DNA from: Camelus ferus
Lineage: Eukaryota
Direction of reading: 5' to 3'
Assembly (NCBI RefSeq): GCF_009834535.1
Contig: NC_045697.1
Span: forward strand, 26,414,001-26,478,000
DNA length: 64,000 nucleotides
The translations under genes and the position numbers were made by a program. The notes below the pieces were generated by a model, which was not told where the DNA came from, searched no databases, and saw only the letters and a program-made list of their open reading frames with translations. Numbering within the stretch: position 1 is the first letter of the stretch; the number at the start of each line of letters is the position of its first letter. Shown here piece after piece: positions 26,140 to 40,844 of the stretch.

Positions 26140-26625
26140 TGACCCAGGATTCAGAAGTAGCATGCGGTGTTCTGATGAACGTAAAAATTTCACAGACCAT
26201 CATCAGACAAGGCCATCCAATGCCTCTAATGGAGCAAGACTAAAAATACCATTGTTCAAACTACAAATATGACCAACTGTCCCCCTATTCTGGCTGTTTA
26301 TGAGTACCTGCTGCTTCTTTACCAATGACAGCTTTAGCCTTGCTTCATCTCCTCACTTTCTAAATAAGAATGATTATAATAGCCAACTGCAGAATTACTT
26401 CAGTTCCCCAACAGTATCTAATCCAGTGGCTAATCCCCACTTCCTTAACCCCCCCTCAAAATCACCTAAAGCCCAAGTCCAAGTCCTATAAGTCCTTTCT
26501 AACATATTCGTATTGAGACACTCCATAGTTTTCCTTGGTGTGCCTTCACTCTCATGTCAGCAAATCAGTAAATTAGCTTTCTTTGAGTATAGGTGATCCT
26601 GGTAGTCTTGGCTATGGGGCATTGG
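26140..26625 (+). mobile_element. Ancient ERV LTR (subfamily not assigned)
   Basis: catcagacaaggcca..ctgctgcttctttaccaat..ccccacttccttaacc..aatcacctaa..cctataag..agtaaa, an LTR-like layout. Confidence 0.6.
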
Positions 26626-29600
26626 TTGTTCTAACCATTCATCTTAAAAATGATATAAATTAATCATTATGTACCATTTGAGGAGGGTTTGTTTGCTATT
26701 ATATAATAGCCTTTGTTTCATTACTTTTTTCAAAACTTGATATATGAAAACAAAATATAGATAGCAGAGTTCTATTTTATTTGCTATAAATTACACAATG
26801 AAATCTTTGATTATAGGTCGTATGATTCTGAACAGCCATTAGGTCAATACTATATCCAGAAGGGAGTAGCCTCAGTCTTCTTTGAGCTCTTACCCCTTCA
26901 ACCCCATCTTCACCCAAATATAAATACATAATACTGAGCACAGCGTTGATTGCTTGGCAAGAACTGAAATACAAGACTTCTCTAGGAAGTCAACACAATG
27001 TTGTTCTTCCACTGAAAGTTTGGCCTATTTTCTCCAAAAGCACTCTGCCTATGTGATGGCTTCCGACTGTGTAGTAAGTAGTTACTTTAGAGTTTAACTT
27101 CCCCAGGCTTTAAGTCCATCCCTGATAGAAAGTTCAGCACTAGTAGTAGTAAGTTACCTCCTTTGTATTTCCAAGATATTGTTGGATATAAAACTTTCAT
27201 TAAAAAACTAAATGCTATTCAACTAAATTCCCTATCTATAACTATATTTCTTTGAGCTTTAGTTTAGTCATACATAAAGGAATAAAAGTTGGAGTAACAA
27301 AATACTAACTAGTGTGAGACAGCCAGTTTTTATTAATGTTGGATTACATACAAATTGACTTCACTATAGTTAGGCATATAGATAATTAAAAGAAAGCATA
27401 ACAATGCCATTGATTAATGACACCTCTGATGTAGTAATTTTCAATTCCATTAAATTGTATTAGAACTTTAAAATAACATATTGTTGAGCAATCAGAATGT
27501 TAAAAAGGTGATTCTTGCCATTTGTCCTTGTAACAGAAGGGAATTAGGTCCATGACACAATTATTTTAAGCTCATCAGTCATCGTAAGTGTTTTTTTTAA
27601 TTAAATTTATCTATCCTTTTAAATGTTAAATTTTTAAATTTGTAATGAAAATACAAGCTTATATCTAGTAAATACCCCTTGTACTTTCTTTTCTTTTTTG
27701 AGTAAGAGGTAGATGGTTAAGAAGTAATAGAAACCATATAGAAAGAAGGTAGGAAGGAAGAAAAAAAAGACATGTTCAGAATACAACAACAAACACCACT
27801 TCTGTAGAGAGGCAACAGCAGTGTTCTATAGAGAAATCTAATTTTTTTGGCAGGGTGGGGGTGTGAGTTGCTTGCTTGTCTTTTGTTTTATTTTCCATTT
27901 TTGCTTTTTAAAACCCAGACATGACCTATTTATTTTCCTTGGACCATATTATTAGAGGATCAAAGCACCATGTAAAACAATTAACCAAAAAGAGTGATTA
28001 GAAATATAGGCCATATCATTCTAGGGCACATGGTAGCTGGTGGAGGAAAAAGTAAACTAAATTTGTCCAATGAACATTAAGAAGAATGCTTTCCAAGCTA
28101 TTCCAGTTAAAAGTAAGTATGTTTCTACAGCCTAGGGTTTGAAAACAGAAGATCAAAAGATCTCTAAGACATAAATCTGATTAGATGTTGACAAATGATG
28201 CCAATGATGAAAAAAAAAAAGGTGGATATGATATCTTAAAAATCATCACTAAGACAGTTCTAGCAGGCCCAAATTTAGTAGGAGTAAGTAAAAAAGTAGA
28301 TAAAGAAAAAGGCACATAATGTAGGATGAATATAGGAGAGGCGCAGATGTCTCAGAATAGTTTCTAGAAATAGAAATCCTAGAATAACCCAGGGCTTGTG
28401 AAAAAAGGTAAAAGAAAAAAAAAAAAAAAAAAAGGTATTTTTTTTCCTTATGTTTGGAGAAATAAAAAAGGAAGGGATATAGCCATTGCTTAGCACAGAT
28501 TATGTAACACGAGGGATAACACAATAAGAAGGTTCTCAAATTTCATTTTTATCGTCTTTATTTATACTTAAATAGATGATTTTCAGGACGAAAAGTTTAG
28601 AATGAACTTTGGAATAAGAGAAAAGGTTCTGAAAATAAGTAGGTGGTAGAAGGAACTTCTGCTATTCCTATGCTAGCGATAAATCCTAAAAAGCTTTTGG
28701 AAATGTATTTTATCACTTCATGTGGTACCTTATATTTTAAATATTTTTCTTAATAATTTAATGCTTAGTTTTTTATTACCCAAGGCAAAAATCTCTGTTT
28801 TATAGGTACATTTCAATGCTTATTTGCACATATTTTTCTCTACTGTTAATAGGTAATTTATCAATTTAAGGCTATTGCTTGACTTATGACTTCAGTTTTT
28901 TTCATATATCTGATATACCATTTGCTATTCCATCTTATATTGTAAATGGTAATTACCTAGTCAATCAACTGTAGGCTTCTGATCTATAGATCAGTTTTAT
29001 GAGCCAGTATAATCCACATACACCTTCTCTTAAATAAATACAGTAGAAATGAAACGTCCTGTTTGGGTTTCAATATATAATGATCTTCAGTAGACTGAAT
29101 TCAATTTATTTTGTTACAGTTTCAGGTCCTTATGTATAAACTGAAATTGGGATATTAGGCATCAAAATATGTTTCATCCACTCCATTCCATGCAACAGGG
29201 ATAAACTGTGACCCAGAGGCCCTGACACCGCATTATTTTTTGAGACTGTCTTGATTAGCAGTGAAGAAAGCAAAGAAATGAAGTTAAGGCTATAAGAAGC
29301 AGAGGATGTTTAATTGGCCACCATGCTGACAGGCTGGGTAGGAAAGTTGGGTAGCCTGAAACAGAGAATGAGGAAAAACTATGATCAGGGTCATGAGACA
29401 ATTGAGGATTGTTTGCAGAGAATTCACTGCTGAAAAAGAGTAAGGCAGAAGACTGCTACTAGGACGTATATTGCCAGCAAGGGAAGGAAAATTCAACCAA
29501 GGGTGTGTGGAGGGAGTGGAGGAGAAGGAGCCTAATGAAGCCTGTGACAGAACCTCCAGGGAAGCACACATGGCAAACCCAGCTCTGGCTATTTCTAAAA

Positions 29601-31474
29601 GAAAGAGTAATGTAATACCTGGTGATGCAGACATGACACGTGGATGTCTAATCTTCTGTATATGAGGATAAGGGAAATTCTGGAAGGGCATTATTAAAGC
29701 CACCTTGGGTTTACTAGACCTTGTCCTGCTCAGGGTGGCCTTTTTGAGGTCAGGGGCTGGGTCTTCATCGCTGCATGACACAGTGTCTCACAGAAAATGG
29801 GTATCAAATATGTGTGGGGTTGAATCTTGTTTTTATTGACGTATAGTTAATTTTCAGTATTATATTATTTGATGGGATTGAATCTTAAATATAGTTTGGT
29901 AAGGATAGAAAATTCTGTAAATACGAAAGTATCCAAAGAAGAAAAAGAAACTAACACTAATCTTTCTATGTAGAGGTAATTAGCTAAATTTTCAGTGCAT
30001 TTCTTAGTCTTTTTCTATGCACTTATATAATTTTACATTTTTTTATTGCTTCGGGAATTACAGAAAACTGTAAATACTTTTTCATTAAATGTATTAGAAC
30101 ATTTATTAGCCATTTAGTCTTTCTCCAAAGCAAAAACTTAATACAATGCTTGCATACTAGTTTATGAAATAATAGTAGTGTTATAAGTGGAAGGTGCAGT
30201 AGTAGAAGGGACAATAGTAATAATACAGAGGTTGGCCAAAATCTGAGCATATTACATACTTACGGTTGTCAGAGCAAAATTTTAAGTACCTTTTGTAGAT
30301 TATTTTATTTAATCCTATACTATGTGAATTATACAGTACTCATTTTACAGATAAGAAACAGACTTTTAGAAACCAAACAATTTGCAAGCTTATATGTATG
30401 TAAACCACGTGTATGTAAACCACATGATGGCAGAGAGAGAATAAGAGAGAGGGAGTAAAAGAGGAGAGCAGGAAGATTAATTGATTTAGTACAAAGACGA
30501 ATTTGATCAAAAAACAGTATTAGGTCAGTTATGTACACTTTATCATACTCTGAGTCCTCATCCTTATAGTAAAATTTTTTTCATTTTTAGGAATAAAAAC
30601 TCCCTCTAAACTTTTCAAGCTTTACATGTTTTAACATACCATTTAAGGCAGACAATTTTATCATTAAAGATACAATGCATGGAAAACTAAGACAATAACT
30701 AGAAGTCAAGTAGATAGCTTACTTTTTAACTTCCTGAACATAAAAATGGCAAAGGAGAAAAATCATGGGACATATTAAGTCTTAGAGGGGCATCTTCCAA
30801 TAACTAGAATAGAGTTCCCCTATAAAAGAGAGTAGGAACTGAGAACTATTTGTAAGGCATTTACAATATACAGTTTATAGTAAAAAAAAAAATGGTTTTA
30901 TTTAAAAAGGTATAAAATTAAGGCAATAAGAGGTTAACACTGTGATTCATCTCTACATTTGTTTTTGTTTTTTTTTTTTTTTTTGGTCTCTTTTTAAAAC
31001 AAGTTATCAGTTATTTTGGATACATTTTTTAGCTCTTCTTATTTATTGCCTATGTAAAAGTTAAATTAAAATGTACCTTAAATTTTATTCACTTTCAATC
31101 TAGAGAACATTTCTGTTCCTCTGTAGAATATATTGGTTGCGTCTGTCCAGAACACTTCAAATGAAAATGTAACATAACATTTTTGTCATATATTTCATTA
31201 TAAATAATGACACAAGTTTTCCTGACCTCTTCCAATGCTGTCAAAATGTTAGACTTATGATGTAACTACACTCCAAACTGACCTTTTCCTTAGTTTAAAA
31301 AAGCATCCTTAGTTTAAAAAGACATCAGTTTATTCCTTTATTTCCTCTTGCATAAATTTTAAAGAAATAAAATTATGTAATTTGGAAATCGTTTTCTAGG
31401 GAAATAGTTAGCTTTCATAAAACTGAGTTTTTAAATCTCATAACATAAATGTAAAACCAGAAAATATTCAAGTT

Positions 31475-32115
31475 CAACAAATTGAGCAAATATTTGTCCA
31501 GCACCTACTATGTGCCAGATACTTTTCCAGGCTTGGAGCTACTTCAGTAGGTTTTGGAAGGAGGATCTATAGGAATTTTGTTGGATTAAATGTGGTGAGA
31601 GAAAGAAACAAAAATCAAGGCTGGCTCCTCAACTTCACTTGAATAGGTAAGTGAACGTTCCTGCTTGTTTGTAAGATGGGGAAATCTCAGAGAAAAGATT
31701 TGTGGAGAAAATCAATAATTATCACTTAGATGCATTATTTCTGAATGTCTGTTACATCCAAACAGGCATACCTACTATGTGATTGTGTGTTATCCTCATA
31801 AATTTAGGGAAAAGGTCAAAGCTGGAGAAATTAATTTGAGAGTGCTTAACATTAGATTGTATTTGAAGTCATGGTTCTGGATAGGATTGTCTAAGATGAT
31901 AGTACAGAGAACAAACAGGAGAAAACCATCATTCAGCCCTAGATCACGCCAACATTTAGAGACCAAACAAAGGAGGGGATGCAACAAATGAACATGAGAT
32001 GGACTGGCCAAGGAGACGGGAAGAAAACCAGCAGAATGTCATTTCATGGGGAAGAGAAGAAAGAATATAAGAAGGACTAGTTGGTTGACTCTATCGAATA
32101 CTACTCAGGTTAAGA
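31475..32115 (-). mobile_element. L2 fragments
   Basis: caaatatttgtccagcacctactatgtgccag..; gggaagaaaaccagcagaatgtcatttcatgg. Confidence 0.7.
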
Positions 32116-33849
32116 AATGCAAGTCTATTTGGTTCTTCCACTCATTGCCTTTCTCCTACCTCAAGTATATACACACATATATAGACTGAAATCATATGTA
32201 GATGAGCAGACCAAATAGTCATAGCATTCTCTGAAGGCAAAGAGATGAATAGAGATTATAAAGCACAAATGCTATGAAAGTAGAGATGTTTATTCAATAT
32301 GCCAAATCTGATTCTGAATGTTGAAAAAGAAAAAGCCTTGGTTACTAATCAGAAAGACCATGTTTTTATCACACTCTATCGCTAGTTAGTGGCCTAAGAA
32401 AAATAATTTCATGTCATCATTTTTTTTTGTTTTTATTTTTAAAGCTGAGGAGTTGAATTAGATTATTTCAAGGTCCCATCTAAGTCAGATTTTATAATTC
32501 TCCTCTGTGAAGGTCTTTTGACCTAGAAAAATGAGAAAAGATCAGATCTAAGATAACAATATAGGGTTCATGTTTTAGGGTAGGTAATTTTACACATAGG
32601 TTCTGTTGCAATAATACTGCTCTGCTTTTAAAGGCCTTATATTCTCTGAAATATGTACATCTAATTTAATTATTTAAGTTCAGAATTGGGGTTTTCACAA
32701 TAAATAAAATCTATCTGTACATCCATTTTGAATGAATCTTTATAAAAAGATTTCTAAGTGAAATGTTAGTGCAGCCTTTAATTAAAGCAGTCTTCACAAA
32801 TCTTTCAATGAGTAACATTTACAAGACTTTAAAAAGAGTTAGTATCAGAGTACTTCACAAATTCATAGAAATGCTTAAATTGCAGTTTTTGATTTTGTTA
32901 TGACAGTCCAATAAAATTGAATAATGGCTTCTCAGGGAATGAGAGTGGAATAAGCACGCATGTATTTTATGAACACCATTTATACAGACTGCTGTGAACA
33001 TTTTTTTCAGTGAATGAGCTTTTTTAAAGTGAGCTAAAACTTTCACTTACATTTATTTATTTGCTGGTGTATAGTAAGCCATTTTCTATTTGTTAAATCA
33101 ACATATATGTAATGTATTATTTACTAAGTAGTGTCTAAATAGTTATTTAGAATTAAACTTTGTCATGGGGAGAAGGTCATTGTTTCTCTACACTTAACCA
33201 TATATGGGGGAACCTGGAGGAAGCGATCAGAAATCCTTTTTAGAAAAAGGGACTTTTAAGTCAGGCCAGAAAAAGGTGTTTCTACCAAAAATGTTAATAC
33301 CAAAGAGCAAAAGTTCACCTCCCTGCCAAAAGATAAGTATACTCATGAGGAAACAATGAATACGAATCATCACAAACAAAAATCAGAAGAACAATTCTCA
33401 AATAACGCAGATGTTAGAATTATCAAAAACACAGAAATTCAAGTAAGTATGTTTAATAGACTGGAAGAAATAAGAAAGGCAGCAGAAAAAGTTCAAGGTG
33501 TCCTCTAAATTCCCATTTTAACATAAGGTCTAATGTCCTTCTTGGACACGGGCAGGAATAGGCCAAGGGTGCCAAATGGGGAGCGGAGGGGGGAGGTGGA
33601 CACAAGATGGGAGGCACCTGACTATTTTCCAGGGCTATGGTAAAGGTTAGCAGCTGACACCTTGCTATGGATTCAGACAGAAGTGATCCAATCAAAGTTC
33701 TAGCACTTTCTGTCCTTAAGACCGTAGACAAATCTCTAAACTTAGATCTGACATTGTTTTCTTTCTGTAACTTTTGATTGTATATGTCATATACACAGAG
33801 GAACGTACGAAATGTAAATGAACATTCATTTAAACATTCCAATATTAAG

Positions 33850-34620
33850 ATACAGTAGTAACTTGAAAGCTCTGTTCTCAGTCTCTCCTACCTAATCATC
33901 TCCCTATCCCAAGCCTTTAATCACTCTCCCTCAGAATGACCTCCATCCTAAATTTTGTAATAATCATAACTTTGTTTTCATTATACTTTACTTTTACCAA
34001 CTATGCAGAGATCCGTAAACAATAAATATTTCTTTTCCTTTACTTATTCATTCAGTAAACACTAATATAACACACATTCTTATGTGATTTACTATTTTTC
34101 ATATCATGCTTGTGAAATTCATATGTAAATTAAGTAGCTGTAGCTTTATTTTCACTAGTGTATAATATTACACGGTAGGAATATATCATAATATATTTAT
34201 ACAATACGTATTTGGTGAACACTTGAGTTGTCTTCAGAATTTTTGCTATGACCATTTTTGCAACATACATCTTACAGAAAACATCATGGAATGGAATTTC
34301 TGGATCAATATTACTGGATAATATCAAATTGCGTTTAAAAGTGATTTTACTAATGTGCTTTCCCAAGCAGAGCACAAGAGTCTCCTTCATTCAACATGCA
34401 TCTCAGCACTCAGGATGGTCAGAAATTTTACTTTTTGCCAATATGAACTTTGTATTTTTATTTCTCATTGTGTTTTAATTTTTATTTCTGTAACTACGGT
34501 TAAAATAAATTATTTTCATATATGTATTGGCCAATTGTATATTCTCTTTTATAAAGTTCTGTTCTATCTTCTGCCCTTTTCCTCTTAGGCTGTTTTACTT
34601 TATATTATGATTTCTTAAAA
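33850..34620 (-). mobile_element. Ancient L1ME 3' fragment (continues about 35060-35095 and 36680-37560)
   Basis: Degenerate antisense L1 motifs: ggaatttctggatca, attggccaattgtatattctc. Confidence 0.65.
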
Positions 34621-34654
34621 AATAAATACAAATATAAAACTAAACTTAAACATT

Positions 34655-35015
34655 GGCTTAGTCCATTTAAAGTGTTATAACAAAATAGCATAGACTGAGT
34701 GGATTATAAACAAAGAAATTTATTTCTCAAAGTTCTGGAGGCTAGAAAAGTCCAAGATCAAGACGTTAGCAGTATTGGTGTCTGGTGAACACTTGCTTCT
34801 TGGTTCATAAACTATCTTCTCGCTGTGTCTTCATATGGTAGAAGGCACAAGGAATGTCACTGAAATCTCATTTATAATGGCACTAATCTGGTTAATGAGG
34901 GCTCCACCCTCAGGACCTAATCACCTTCTAAAAGCTCCACCTCCAAATACCATCACCCTGTGGATTAGGATTCTATATATGAATCTAGGAGAGAAACAAA
35001 TATTCAGTCTATAGC
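34655..35015 (-). mobile_element. MLT1A-like MaLR LTR
   Basis: cttagtccattt..aaatttatttctcaaagttctggaggctag..tccaagatcaag..cctaatcacct..caaataccatcacc..attcagtctatagca. Confidence 0.88.
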
Positions 35016-35099
35016 AAACACAAACATAGACATAAATATAAACTAAACATGCAAATACATATATACACATTCTAGATAATAGTCCTTTGTCAGTCCATC

Positions 35100-36665
35100 A
35101 GAAAAATGTAGGAATAATAAACCTATGCATGCATGGTCAATGACTCTATAACAAAGGAGGCAAAAATACAATGGGGAAAAGATGGTCTCTTCAATAAATA
35201 ATGTTGGAAAAGCTGGATAGTTACATGAAAAAGTACAAAACTAGACCACTTTCTTACACCATATATAAAAATTAATTCCAAGTGGATTAAAGATTTAAAT
35301 ATAAGACCTGAAACCACAAAAATCCTAGGACCTAGACAATACACTCTTGGACATTGGTCTTAGCAATATTTTTTTTGAACCTGTCTCCTCAGGCAAAGGA
35401 AATAAAAGCAAAAATAAACAAATGGGATTATATCAGACTAAAACACTTTTTGCACAGTGAAGGAAACTATCAACAAAACAAAAAGGCTGTCTACTGAATG
35501 GGAGAAGATATTTGTAAATTGTATAACTGATGAGGGGTTAATACCAAAAATATACAAGGAACTCTTATGACTCAGTATCAAAAAAAAATCTGATTAAGGA
35601 ATGGGCAGAAAACCTGTATAAATAATTTTCCAAAGAAGACATAAGAATGCCCAACAGGCACATGAAAAGATGCTCAAAATCACTAATCATCAGAGAAATA
35701 CAAACCAAAACCACAATAAGATATCACCTCACACTTGGCTATTTTGGAAAGGTAAGAAATAACAAGTGTTGGTGAGCATGTGGAGAAAGGGGACTCCACA
35801 TTCACTGTTGTTGGGAATATAAACTGGTAAAGCCACTGTGGAAAACAGAATGGAGGTTCCTCCAAAGGATAAAATAGAACTACCATATGATTCAGTAATT
35901 CCACTTCTGTGTATTTAAGTAAAGAAAACAAAACATTAATTTGCAAAGATGCACACATCATACTGTTCACTGCAGTGTTATTTACAATAGCCAAGATATG
36001 GAATAAGCCTAAGTGTCCATCAATAGATGAATAGGTATAGATGTGGTGTTACTCAGCCATAAAAAAAGAATGAAATGCCATTTGAGACAACATGGATGGA
36101 CAACATAGAAGGTATCACACTAAGTAAAATAAGTCAGACAGAGAAAGACAAATACCATTCAATCTCACTTATAATGTGAAATCTAAAATACAAAACAAAT
36201 GAACAAATGTCATAAAACAGAAGCAGATTCATGGATACAGAGAACAAACTGGTGGTTCACGGGGAAGGGAGTGGGAGTGTGTGAAACAGGTTAAGGAGAT
36301 TAAGAGGTAGAAACTTCTAGTTATAAAATAAAGAACTATTCTGAATCTTGATTCTAGTGGTTGTCAGATGACTCTAGGCATTTGCCAAAACTCATATAAC
36401 TGCACACCAAAATGAATAAATTTTTTATTAAATGTCAATTTTAAAATAATTGTTTAACTGCTCAAAAGAAAATAAGTCACAGGGATGTAATGCATATCAT
36501 AGGGAACACAGTGAATAATGTAAAAACTTTGTATGTGACAGACGATAACTAGGCTTGTAGTGATCCTTTCATAATGTATAAAAATATCAAACACTGTAGT
36601 ACACCTAAAGCTAATATATTATTACAAGTAAATTATACTTCAAATAAGTAGATAAATAAATAGTG
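35100..36665 (+). mobile_element. 5'-truncated L1 (L1MA-like ORF2 end plus 3' UTR)
   Basis: caaaggaggcaaaaatacaatggggaaaagatggtctcttcaataaat..; 3' end aattatacttcaaataagtagataaataaa. Confidence 0.92.
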
Positions 36666-37597
36666 AAAGAAATAATATAGGGACATGTTTAGAATTGCAT
36701 TGACTCTATAGATGAATTTGTGAAAAATTAACCTCTTCATGTTGAATGTTTGAAAACATGAACATGATTTTTTTCCAAGATACTTCATATTTTTATAATA
36801 CTATAACTAGTATATTTTAAGATTTAATTTTCTAACTTCCTACTGTTGTTATAGAGAATACAATATATTTGTTATTTTTTATCCAGTTACCTTGCTGAAC
36901 TCTCTTATTAATTCTAACATTTCTGTAGATTCCCTTTGGCATTTTCTATGAACAAAATCTATGAATAGACATTTTTCAAATTTTTAATCTTTGGTTTTTC
37001 AAGTTTCTTTTCTTCTCTTTTTCTCTCTAACTGTAGTAGATAGGAACTCCAGTCAATGCTGGGAGGAATTTCTATTATCAGGCTTCCTTGTTTCTTACCT
37101 CAAATCGTATGTTCCAAATTTCACTGTTAAATATGATGTTTGTTATATTTTTTGTAGACATCCTTTACCTGGTTAAGAGAAGTCCTTTCTCTTCCCACAC
37201 TTACTTGTTTTTAATCATGAATGCGTGTTGACTTTTATAAAACTTTTGCATCTATCCAGAGGGACAAATGATTTTTGTCTTCATCTACTAATGTATCTAG
37301 CATTCTTTGGAAAAATCCACCTTGATAATAATGGAAATCTTTTTTAAAAATTCATTACTGAAGTTTGGTGTATTAATATTTCACCTGAGATTTTGCATCT
37401 TTTTCATGAAACATGTTAGCCTATTTTTTTTCCATTTTCCTTTTTAATACTGATAGTGTCAGGTTTATTATCAAGTTTGTGCTAGCCTCATAAAATAAGT
37501 TGTATTTTAGTGTCTTTAAACAAAAGAAATCATGTATAGCAACATTAATAGCTTCATAAAATAAATAGCTGAATGTGTCTACTTTTTGTATACTCTT

Positions 37598-37925
37598 TCA
37601 TTCATTTAACAAATATTTATTGAAAACCTACTGTGTATCAGGTATTCTCCTAAATATTGGAGACACAGTGGTGACCATGATAGACAAAACTCTTTGTCTT
37701 TAGGGAGCTCATATTCTAGTAAGATGGGACAGAAAATAAACAAATAAGTAAAATACATAATTTGGCAGATACTGATAATAATATGAACAATACAAAGCAA
37801 GGAAGGAAAGGAAATAGAACATTCTGAAGAGGGGAAGAGGTCACAATTTTAAATTGGAATTAACAGATAGGACCTCTGTGAAGGTAACCTTTGTGAAAAG
37901 ACCCAAAGGACGTAAGGGTGGATAC
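37598..37925 (-). mobile_element. L2 3' end
   Basis: tcattcatttaacaaatatttattgaaaacctactgtgtatcagg..ggagctcatattctagt. Confidence 0.85.
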
Positions 37926-40109
37926 TCAGTGACTATTTCCATGAGCAAGACTTCGTCTTCCCACCCTTCAGTGATATATTTGTGCTTTATATAATCCATG
38001 TGTAACCTAATCTTGGCACCCACCTTACCCTACCTCACTAGAATCTTCCTCCTATACCCCAAACACTGAATCTGTGTACTTTTTCTGAGAAGCTAAGTAA
38101 AGTTTTCATACTTAGCTTATAAAGTAGCCAAAGCACATTTTAAAAACTTGAAACCTTTCATAATAAATAGTTTTTCTAATAAAAAAGTATGAGTTACTTC
38201 TTCAGCTGATATAAAATTCCATGAAATATCTAGTGAGATACACAGCCTTCATTAGCTATAGATTTTGGTATTTATTCTTGTGGTCTTAAAGAAGGAAACC
38301 AAATACATTTCATATTCTCTGGATTCAGTGTTTATGAAGTATTGACATTTAATTCTTGCCCTAAATGGTCTAGAGAAGTCAGATATTAAGATGAGCTGGT
38401 TCCCCCACAGCCAAAGTTTTATGCATTACCAAACATTCAAAATATGTCTCTGGCCATAAAGCTGGCCCATATGCTTAAAATTCTATTACCCCAACAGGTC
38501 TTGCCAAGACTTTTTAGATGTAGGTGGGAAAAGAAAATATAAGAAATGTACAATATATACATACTTTAAGATCTTGAAAATGACTGGTTTAAATTTGTTC
38601 TTTCAAGAGATCATTTTTTTTTTTAGATTTTTCTCAGTTTGAGGCTAAGTGGCCAAGCACATATGTCATTTCCCATTTCAATCTTGAGAAGGAAATGTTA
38701 ATCTAAGTGTATTTCTCCAGTGATGAACTTTTAGGGCATCTGTCTGAGATCAAAGATTACTAACACATTACAAGACTGCCAACTGAACTGTGCTGGAGAA
38801 ATGTCTTCTCTTCTTGTTAAATATGTTTGGAAAGGGATCTTGAACGGAAAATCTCTGTGCACACAAAAGTATTTATTCAAATTAATAGGATCTGCTTATG
38901 GTGGTTGTGACAGTGCCAAAGGAAAGGCAAATAATAAAACAAAAATTTTCCTTTGCTACATTAATTCTCCTGTTTGATATATTTCTTAGAGAAACAAACA
39001 AAAAAAGACTGAGAACAAATATGACAAAATGTTAGCAGTTGCTAATTTAGAATAGAAGAGAATAATATGATGTTTCATTTTTTAGTATTATTCTCTTTTT
39101 CAATTTATCAAGATAAATTTTTAAAGGCAGTAAACGTTTGAAAGAAGAATAGCCGGGCATATGGGTATGGTTGAAAAATGGTTTCCCAGTGAAAAGGAAG
39201 AGTGTGCGTTCTCAAAACTTGCCTGCTCCTAGCAGCTGCCTAAATCTGCTCAGAGACAATGCCCTTGGGTATCATTTGCAGAACTGTTTTAAATACACCC
39301 ATCATTAGGGAACCAGTTCACAGAGGTGACAGCAGAAGGGAAATCATTGCTCCCTGCTCTCATGTCCTGGATCTCTTCAAATAGAAGAGGTCAGCTTCAG
39401 GTCCCTTTGATGACAGCCTCACCACTTCATCAGATGTGAGCTGCATTTCTGAATGCTGAGGGGAAAATAAAGCATCAATCTGCCAAGTATGACCCTGATC
39501 TTCCCTCTAAGGAGTTTTCTTTGGATGATACATGGCTCCACAGATTGCCTTGAATTTAACATAAACAAGGTACAGAATGATTGTCTAAGAAAAAATAATA
39601 TTATGTGGTGGGCCAAGCATATTCTATGTATTTCCTTCTCCAGGAATTCTAGTGTATTTCTTAAATGTTATGTTGATATCCCCTCATTTAAACAAATGAA
39701 ATAAATATATTCACAGTTTTACTTTCTAGCAACTAGTAAGATTTTGTGCTATAACAAAATCCAATCACATTTCTTTTATTTTTCATTTTGGAGTTGAATT
39801 AGTAGATTTGTAGTAACTGCTTCAATAAAAGGTTTCAGGCCACCTATGAATTTTTTTTCTGTTGCCTTCCTAGGTTTTTGGACAGAGAATCTATCTGTAA
39901 GTTAGGCATTCTTAGTTTTATCAGCACCTTGCTGAAAATTGCTGCCAAAGACCTCTGCCATATGGATGAGAGGGCTGATAGATAATTCTTTTCAGCATAG
40001 TAGTGGAAACACTGTAGTTTATTGCTTAAGGACATTCAAAATATATATTTAACAGCAATTGCTTATATTTTCTTGAGGTGTTTATGTTAAGAGTCCTAAG
40101 TAGGTAAGT

Positions 40110-40241
40110 AGATAGCTTGATTGATGATAGATCAATAGAGCGATCGATAGATTAGTTACATAGATAGATGGTAGATAAATACATAGATGATAGATACATA
40201 GATGATGATAGATAGACAGACAAACAGACAGACAGACAGAC
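40110..40241. repeat. Degenerate (GATA)n/(GACA)n microsatellite
   Basis: atagatagatgg..gatagatagacagacaaacagacagacagacagac. Confidence 0.9.
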
Positions 40242-40844
40242 TGGAGCTCCTCTATTACCTAAATACACCTGATTTATAAAATTTGGTTTACAGATTTGTT
40301 CTATGAAGATATCCATTTCATAAGACAAGAAAGAATGTGTACCAAACGTGTTTTCTGCTTTCGCCACTCTTACGTCTTCAGCAGGAAGCAGTCCTACAGA
40401 GAACCAATACTTTATTTCAGGGATAGCCTTTTAGGAATATTAACAAGTTAGGACATGACATTCCAACAAAGATAATTAACACCTTTACTCAACTCTGAGA
40501 TTGTTCTGTAGAAGAGAAAAATAACACGACATTGTGTGAGCTGACAGAATTTAATTCCAAAATGATGTTAGGTTTGTTCAGGAAGATATAACTTTATTCA
40601 AAGCTCTCTTTCATTGGTTTTTGCCATGCTCATATAGTACTCTGAGTTGAAATATTGTAATACTCAAACAAATCCTAATAAATTGAGAAATTTCCTCCTT
40701 TTCCCAGTGTTGAATACACCAGATCCTGATTATATGATGATTTTTCCCCTTCTCTCTTCTACACACTGTTTAGTAAAATCACTGATCATATTCACATCTA
40801 GCTCATTAATTTCTTAGCTTGTATTTTTGCTAATTGTTTTTCAG

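Noticed and set aside
29290..29781. Longest ORF (163 aa, minus strand)
   Set aside because: GTG start, no recognisable domain, Ser/Leu/Pro bias expected from the antisense of purine-rich DNA, and no splice support.
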